From positions 183,936,236-183,974,921 of the forward strand of contig NC_068982.1 in assembly GCF_001194135.2 (NCBI RefSeq): DNA of 38,686 nt, written 5' to 3'. Below, in pieces: positions 33,340-38,686 of the stretch (position 1 is the stretch's first letter; every line of letters begins with the position of its first letter). The translations under genes and the position numbers were made by a program. The notes beneath the pieces are model-generated. The model made no database searches and had not been told where the DNA came from. It saw only the letters and a list, made by a program, of their open reading frames with translations. The DNA comes from Octopus bimaculoides (taxonomy: Eukaryota).

Positions 33340-34200
33340 CCCACAGCTTGCCAAAACATTTGTTTAAACTTAACCCTAGCTGTTGCAAAAGAGCAGGCGG
33401 ATAGAAAGAAGGAAGCGAGATGAACCGAACACCTTCTTTTAAAATACGATTGTGCTTGTATGTGGAAAATATCACACAGGGACTTGCTACAAAACAAGAC
33501 TGGTTTATCAGCAACCGAACAAAGACAACCGGCGAACGTAAATAAAATCTTATTTGTCGTAGTTGTAGAGTGAATAGAAATTCTTGTTCTTGTGTTTATG
33601 AACTCAACTGCTATGTCACAAATTGATCTCACTGTTGAATTTATGAGTAGAATGAAATTGTAATGGGACAAACTTAACCCGGAGCTACATTATTTCGCAA
33701 CCAATGAATTAAAAGTAAACGAACGATATATTCTAATAAACAGAACACAGTGTGATTGAAATAATTATGGCATCATGTGTGATAATAGGACAGCTTCAGC
33801 TGCGATGTCAGTTCGCAGTGAAGCTTCCAGTGACTGTCGTTGCATTCGTTATAATAAATGTATTGTTAGCGGGGAGAGCGAAGGATATAAACACTTGGAA
33901 GGTATTCTTAACGAAATGTTTCAAGACAAAATTAATTCGTTTCTAAAATTACGGGTTCAAGATTGAACATATTTATCTAACATTGATAAGAGACCTACAG
34001 AGATGATGTTGACATTGATTAACAATATAAAGACGAATATCTTTAACAAAGTAATATCTCATCGCTTTGACAAATAAACGCCTCTCTATATTATTCTCTT
34101 GCCACAAGTGTCACTGTGGACTTGGTAAACAGTGAAAATCATTCAGCACCAGAAGACCATCGACTATGTGGCGATAATTACAAACGAATTTCCCTGAGAA
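33340..34200 (+). mobile_element. Possible highly decayed hAT (Buster/ZBED5-like) transposase remnant
   Basis: One frame with scattered stops gives LAVAKE..., ANVNKILFV..., MKL*WDKL, YGIMCDNRTASAAM, CRCIRY...HLEGILNEMFQDKINSFLKLR and KVISHRFD. The order and spacing loosely follow GICTDGAAAM / HCIIHR..L..VL....K.IN.IK.R / WLSRGKVL.R; judged by eye only. Confidence 0.3.
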
Positions 34201-34439
34201 AAATTGGGAAAAAACAATGTATTCTTTTTTCTTCTCTTTCTTTTTGTGGTTTTAGTTGTAGGAGCTCATCTGAACCAATTCCTCCTGGAGCAAATAAGCA
34301 ACTTCGGAAGAAAAAAATGCTGAACAACTGTAGTGTTCGAGGTGCGAAGGTATAGGAGGAATTTGAATGCAATCTGATTGGAAAGCATTAGAAACAATTT
34401 CACCAGCTGACGTTTTACTGGCCATAATCAAAGCCATGG

Positions 34440-35492
34440 GGTGGGGTGGGGTGAGGCTTAGTAATGACGGTAGTTGTGGGGGGGGTGCGATGTTTGTGAT
34501 GTTGGTGTCTTTGATTGTGGTGCTGGTATTAGTATTGGAAGTGGTTATGGTGCAAGTGAGGTTGCTGGTGGCGGGGTGGGAGTTGGTGGAGATGGAGGCG
34601 GATGGTGGAGATGGTGGGGGATGGTCGAGGGAGGAGGATGGTAGTGGTAGTAGTGGCAGTTGTGACATTCGTAGTGGTGATACAGAAAATGTTGTTGCTC
34701 AGAGAGTGGTGATGATAAATGTGATAATGGTACAGTTAGAACTGGTGATTGTAGAGGTGTTGGTGGTGGAAGTGGTAGCTTTTGGTGGAAGTGTGGGTAG
34801 TGTTGGTAGTAGTGTAGTACTGATAGTCGGTAGCACTGGTGGCAGTATTGATAGAGGTAGTGGAAATATCGTCGCTGTTGAAAGATAGCATTAGTGATGG
34901 TGGAAGTCGTAGAGATGGTAGTATTGAAGGTGGTGGTGGTGGTATTGGTGATAGTGATGTTATAGTGGCAATATTGTTGCAAGTGGTGGTGGTGGTGGTA
35001 GTAGTGGTGGTGGTGGTAGTGGTGGTGGTGGTGTTGGCGGCGGCGGCGGAGGCGGCGGCGGCGGCGGAGGCGGCGGCGGCNNNNNNNNNNNNNNNNNNNN
35101 NNNNNNNNNNNNNNNNNNNNNNNNNNNNNNNNNNNNNNNNNNNNNNNNNNNNNNNNNNNNNNNNNNNNNNNNNNNNNNNNNNNNNNNNNNNNNNNNNNNN
35201 NNNNNNNNNNNNNNNNNNNNNNNNNNNNNNNNNNNNNNNNNNNNNNNNNNNNNNNNNNNNNNNNNNNNNNNNNNNNNNNNNNNNNNNNNNNNNNNNNNNN
35301 NNNNNNNNNNNNNNNNNNNNNNNNNNNNNNNNNNNNNNNNNNNNNNNNNNNNNNNCTGTTGGTTGCTGTAGGTATTGCTGTTGCTAAGAGGGTGGAGTAC
35401 TAGAAGAGGCAATAGTAGTATTGGTGTTGGTTGCAGTGGTAGTTGTAGCGGTGGTGTTGCTGGAGGTAATGGTAATAGCAGCGGTGGTGGTT

Positions 35493-35557
<65 letters not shown>

Positions 35558-35660
35558 TGTAGTAGTGGAAGTTTTGTTGTTGTTGATATGTGGTAGTAGA
35601 GGCGGCGGCGGTGATGACGGCAGTGTTATGATAATGGTGGTGGTGGTGGTGGTCTGGCAT
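34440..35660. repeat. Degenerate GTN-type trinucleotide tract including (GGT)n, (GGC)n and (TAG)n, with gap 35081-35355
   Basis: Read directly. Confidence 0.9.
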
Positions 35661-36490
35661 TCGGTTGTTATTGAAACACAGCGGGAACGAAACCAGGAAA
35701 GCCTTTATCGAAGACTAACATCAAAGTGGAAACGAAAAGTGCTGGTCGGAAAAGGGGGAAAAGAAAGAGGAGAAAGTGAGAGATAGGAAGAGAGAGAGGT
35801 GGGGGATGAAAGATACAGAAAAAGAGGGAGTGAGGGGGAAAAGAGAGGGAGAGAGAGAGAGCGCGCGAAGGGAGAAAGAGGAGAACAATGATCGGCCATA
35901 TTGAAATGGAAGTAAGCTTTCAGTAACTTAACGAGTCAAGCATAGCATTTGATGTAAGAATTGCAGTTGCGAAACCAAGATACGATGCTTCAAAATGATA
36001 ATGGTGAATTGAGATGCATTTCTGTAATGGCATTTGTCTACTTGTTGTACAGTTTAACATTGCCAGTTCTTGCTAGGCTGGCATTTTTATTGTTTCTGTT
36101 GGTTTTTCTCTTTAATTCTAAGCATCTTGTTTCGCCATTTGCACTTGTTAGATACAGTATGAAACATGTATGGATCTGTAATGTCTTTGTCTTATATAGT
36201 TTGATATATAGTGTATCTCTGTGTGTTACTGTGTAGTTACAGTGAGTGTGGGGGGGGGGTGATCAGTGTACGTGTGGGAGAGAATCTGTGTGTTTTATGC
36301 GTATATACGCTCGTGTGTGTGTGTGCGTGCCAGGGTGTTGTCATGGAATGTGTGCTGCATTACGACGTCCACTGTGTGTAACATATGCATATCATATATG
36401 CGTGTTTTTAGACCGTGATATCTACAATGAAAAACTGTTGTATTATCTATTGAGTTATGTCACATTGTCTATGTATGAGCTGTTATTATC

Positions 36491-36653
<163 letters not shown>

Positions 36654-37269
36654 AATTTAAATTAAGCAGAGAATGGAGAAAATTTTTCATCAACAAACAA
36701 ATTGACTACCATCGATTATTATTTCTTAATTTTAAACATTATCACAACTAACAGCCGTTTCTGCTTCCCATGTCCCTCAGTGCTGCCAAAGAAAATTCTG
36801 GGAATAATATTTGTCATATTCTATAGCACATCCCATCTGGTGCATGGAGCTTCATCAGAGTGAAGAAAAATACATAAAATAAAAGAAGAGAAGAGAAAAG
36901 AAAAGGGTCTCGAGATGAGGAAAGAAAGCTTAATATATTTGAATATATATATAATAACACAGATGGGTTGAGTTTCACTACAGCTGTTTCAGACGTGTTC
37001 TTTATTGATGAGCAAAAATATGTCCGTACATATTGTTAGTGCTGAGGAACGCTATTCCACTTCTACCTTGGTGCCTTGCTATTCAAATACGTGATTCTAT
37101 CGGATCCTTTCATTGGTTCGATTGCGTGATGAGATTTCTTTACATATATATGTAATATGTATATATATATATATCATCGGCAGAAGTTAGAGAGTAAGTC
37201 AAAAGCTGAGAGTTTCGTGTATTGGCACTTATCAAACATGAATTTGTCCATTGTCGCTCTGTAACTTCT

Positions 37270-37713
37270 GACGAAATAACTTCTAAAATACAAACTTTTA
37301 TCAAAAGCGTTAAGAGTAAACCCTGTTCTATGTGACATGCTCTACCAGTATCGGAAGTTTGAGAGTGTTTAGTTTTAAAAAATTAATTAAATAGTCTGTA
37401 CGTCTAATTGAATAGATCCGAAATAGATGAAAGGCAAAGTCGACCTCACTGGAATTTGAACTCAGAACGTAAAGACAGACGAAATACCGCTTCTAAAATA
37501 CAAAATTTTGTCAAAAACGTTAAGAATAAAACCTGTTCAATGTGACATATTCTACCAGTATCGGAAGTTTGAAAGTGTTTAGTTTAAAAAAATTAATTAA
37601 ATAATCTGTACGTCAAAGTCGACCTCGGCGAAATTTGAATTTTAAAAACGTAAAGACGAAATACCATGAAGCAACTCGCCTGGAGCGCTAAGGTTTCTGC
37701 CAGCTCGCCGCCC
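37270..37713. repeat. Tandem duplication, period 210 bp, each unit ending in a minus-strand SINE family D head fragment
   Basis: TTCTAAAATACAAA...TCTGTACGTC at 37281-37404 and 37491-37614; each is followed by CAAAGTCGACCTC...AATTTGAA...AACGTAAAGAC. Confidence 0.85.
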
Positions 37714-38155
37714 TCGAGAATAAGCATTCATTTTAGAAATACATTCTTTATTCTTATTTTTAAGCGTTACTCCCTTACTCCCTTACTGACAGGAAATTTC
37801 GTAACATTTTACCTCATAGCTCTTTTTCTATTAATTTTTGTTCAATGCGACTAGTGATTCTGAATTCCTCATGCATTTTTCTATCATTTAAGCCTAAAAA
37901 AGGTATTCTTTTAATTAAAAATTTTAAACTTTATGTTAATTGAAGGTGAATATCTGCCTTACTGCCCTCCTTGAGGTCGCAGATATTTTGATGTAGCTTT
38001 TTTTTTTCTACTGAACCAAATCTCAAACTGTTTATGCCAACGTATAGCTGAGGAGTTATCCTCTTTAAAACTATTAACAGTTTGCAGTTTAGTTGAGAAC
38101 TGAATTAGTGGTGAAGCTTGGAAGCTGCTGTGATTGACGAAATGGTGGACTTAAG

Positions 38156-38193
38156 ATATATCATTCAACCACGGTAGTGGTTGAATGATATAT
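38156..38193. repeat. Perfect 17-bp hairpin with 4-nt loop
   Basis: ATATATCATTCAACCAC-GGTA-GTGGTTGAATGATATAT. Confidence 0.9.
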
Positions 38194-38292
38194 GTGTTTG
38201 TTTGTATATGTACACGCGTGTACATCCCATTTTTTATCACAGACAAGAGTGAGTCGGGATATTGCATTGAAATGTACATAGGTCATTAAACA

Positions 38293-38334
<42 letters not shown>

Positions 38335-38399
38335 ACTCTCCTATCATTAGACGACGTATGAGAGTTTGACATTTTCTTACCGAACAACCATACAGGTGA

Positions 38400-38624
38400 T
38401 TTGTTTATAGTGATCAACTGTTTGTGTACACATAAGCTCACTCCCTCCATCAGATCGATAATGCTTGTACAGGTGCAACGGGTGCTACATGTCAGATGTC
38501 GAAATGATCGCAGAGCAACGTGAAATGAAGTGCTTTGCTCAAGAACACAACGCAACGCCCGCTCTGGGAATCCAACCCACAATCTCGCAATCGAGAGTGC
38601 AATACCTTTACCACGAAGCCATGC
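38400..38624 (-). mobile_element. tRNA-derived SINE (family C) with CORE-like segment
   Basis: Minus head GCATGGCTTCGTGGTAAAGG...GGGTTGGATTCCC then TGTGTTCTTGAGCAAAGCACTTCATTTCACGTTGCTC; shares a block with 14340-14405. Confidence 0.75.
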
Positions 38625-38686
38625 ATACATATATATACATATACATACATATATATTTATACACACGTATATATATATATATATAT

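Noticed and set aside
33333-33671. 112-aa minus-strand ORF
   Set aside because: No recognisable homology; possibly the antisense of a decayed transposase.
34252-35786. Gly/Val-rich and Pro/Thr-rich ORFs (34367-34888, 34252-34668, 34545-34982, 35421-35786)
   Set aside because: They arise from degenerate GTN trinucleotide repeats that are open in several frames on both strands.
36781-36865. Signal-peptide-like reading VLPKKILGIIFVIFYSTSHLVHGASSE after an AG
   Set aside because: There is no start codon or convincing donor, and the frame stops immediately.

Overview
Gene-poor, AT-rich animal genomic DNA from a gapped draft assembly. It has 15 N-gaps totalling about 5.5 kb (about 14%), mostly bordered by microsatellites. 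The extreme microsatellite load and the repeat families resemble an octopus genome; this is inferred from recall, not verified. Most ORFs in the track are artefacts of microsatellites or N runs. One intact gene is well supported: tRNA-Asn(GTT) at 23520-23593 (minus). Decayed mobile elements include a 5'-truncated R4/Dong-like non-LTR retrotransposon with an REL endonuclease flanked by (CATA)n, two CR1/L2-group LINE 3' ends, two near-identical Penelope-like (RT-thumb/GIY-YIG) fragments, an internally deleted DD37D (maT) Tc1/mariner element, a possible hAT remnant, several foldback/MITE-like inverted repeats and about 20 fragments of about five tRNA-derived SINE families. The best lead is a tRNA-headed SINE (8928-9192, minus) carrying a minimal type I hammerhead ribozyme with a palindromic stem III, the architecture known from Penelope-like elements. 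A second lead is a LINE/SINE pair sharing a 3' tail with a compensatory stem-loop change. A few possible host exons are flagged at low confidence; no host protein could be identified.
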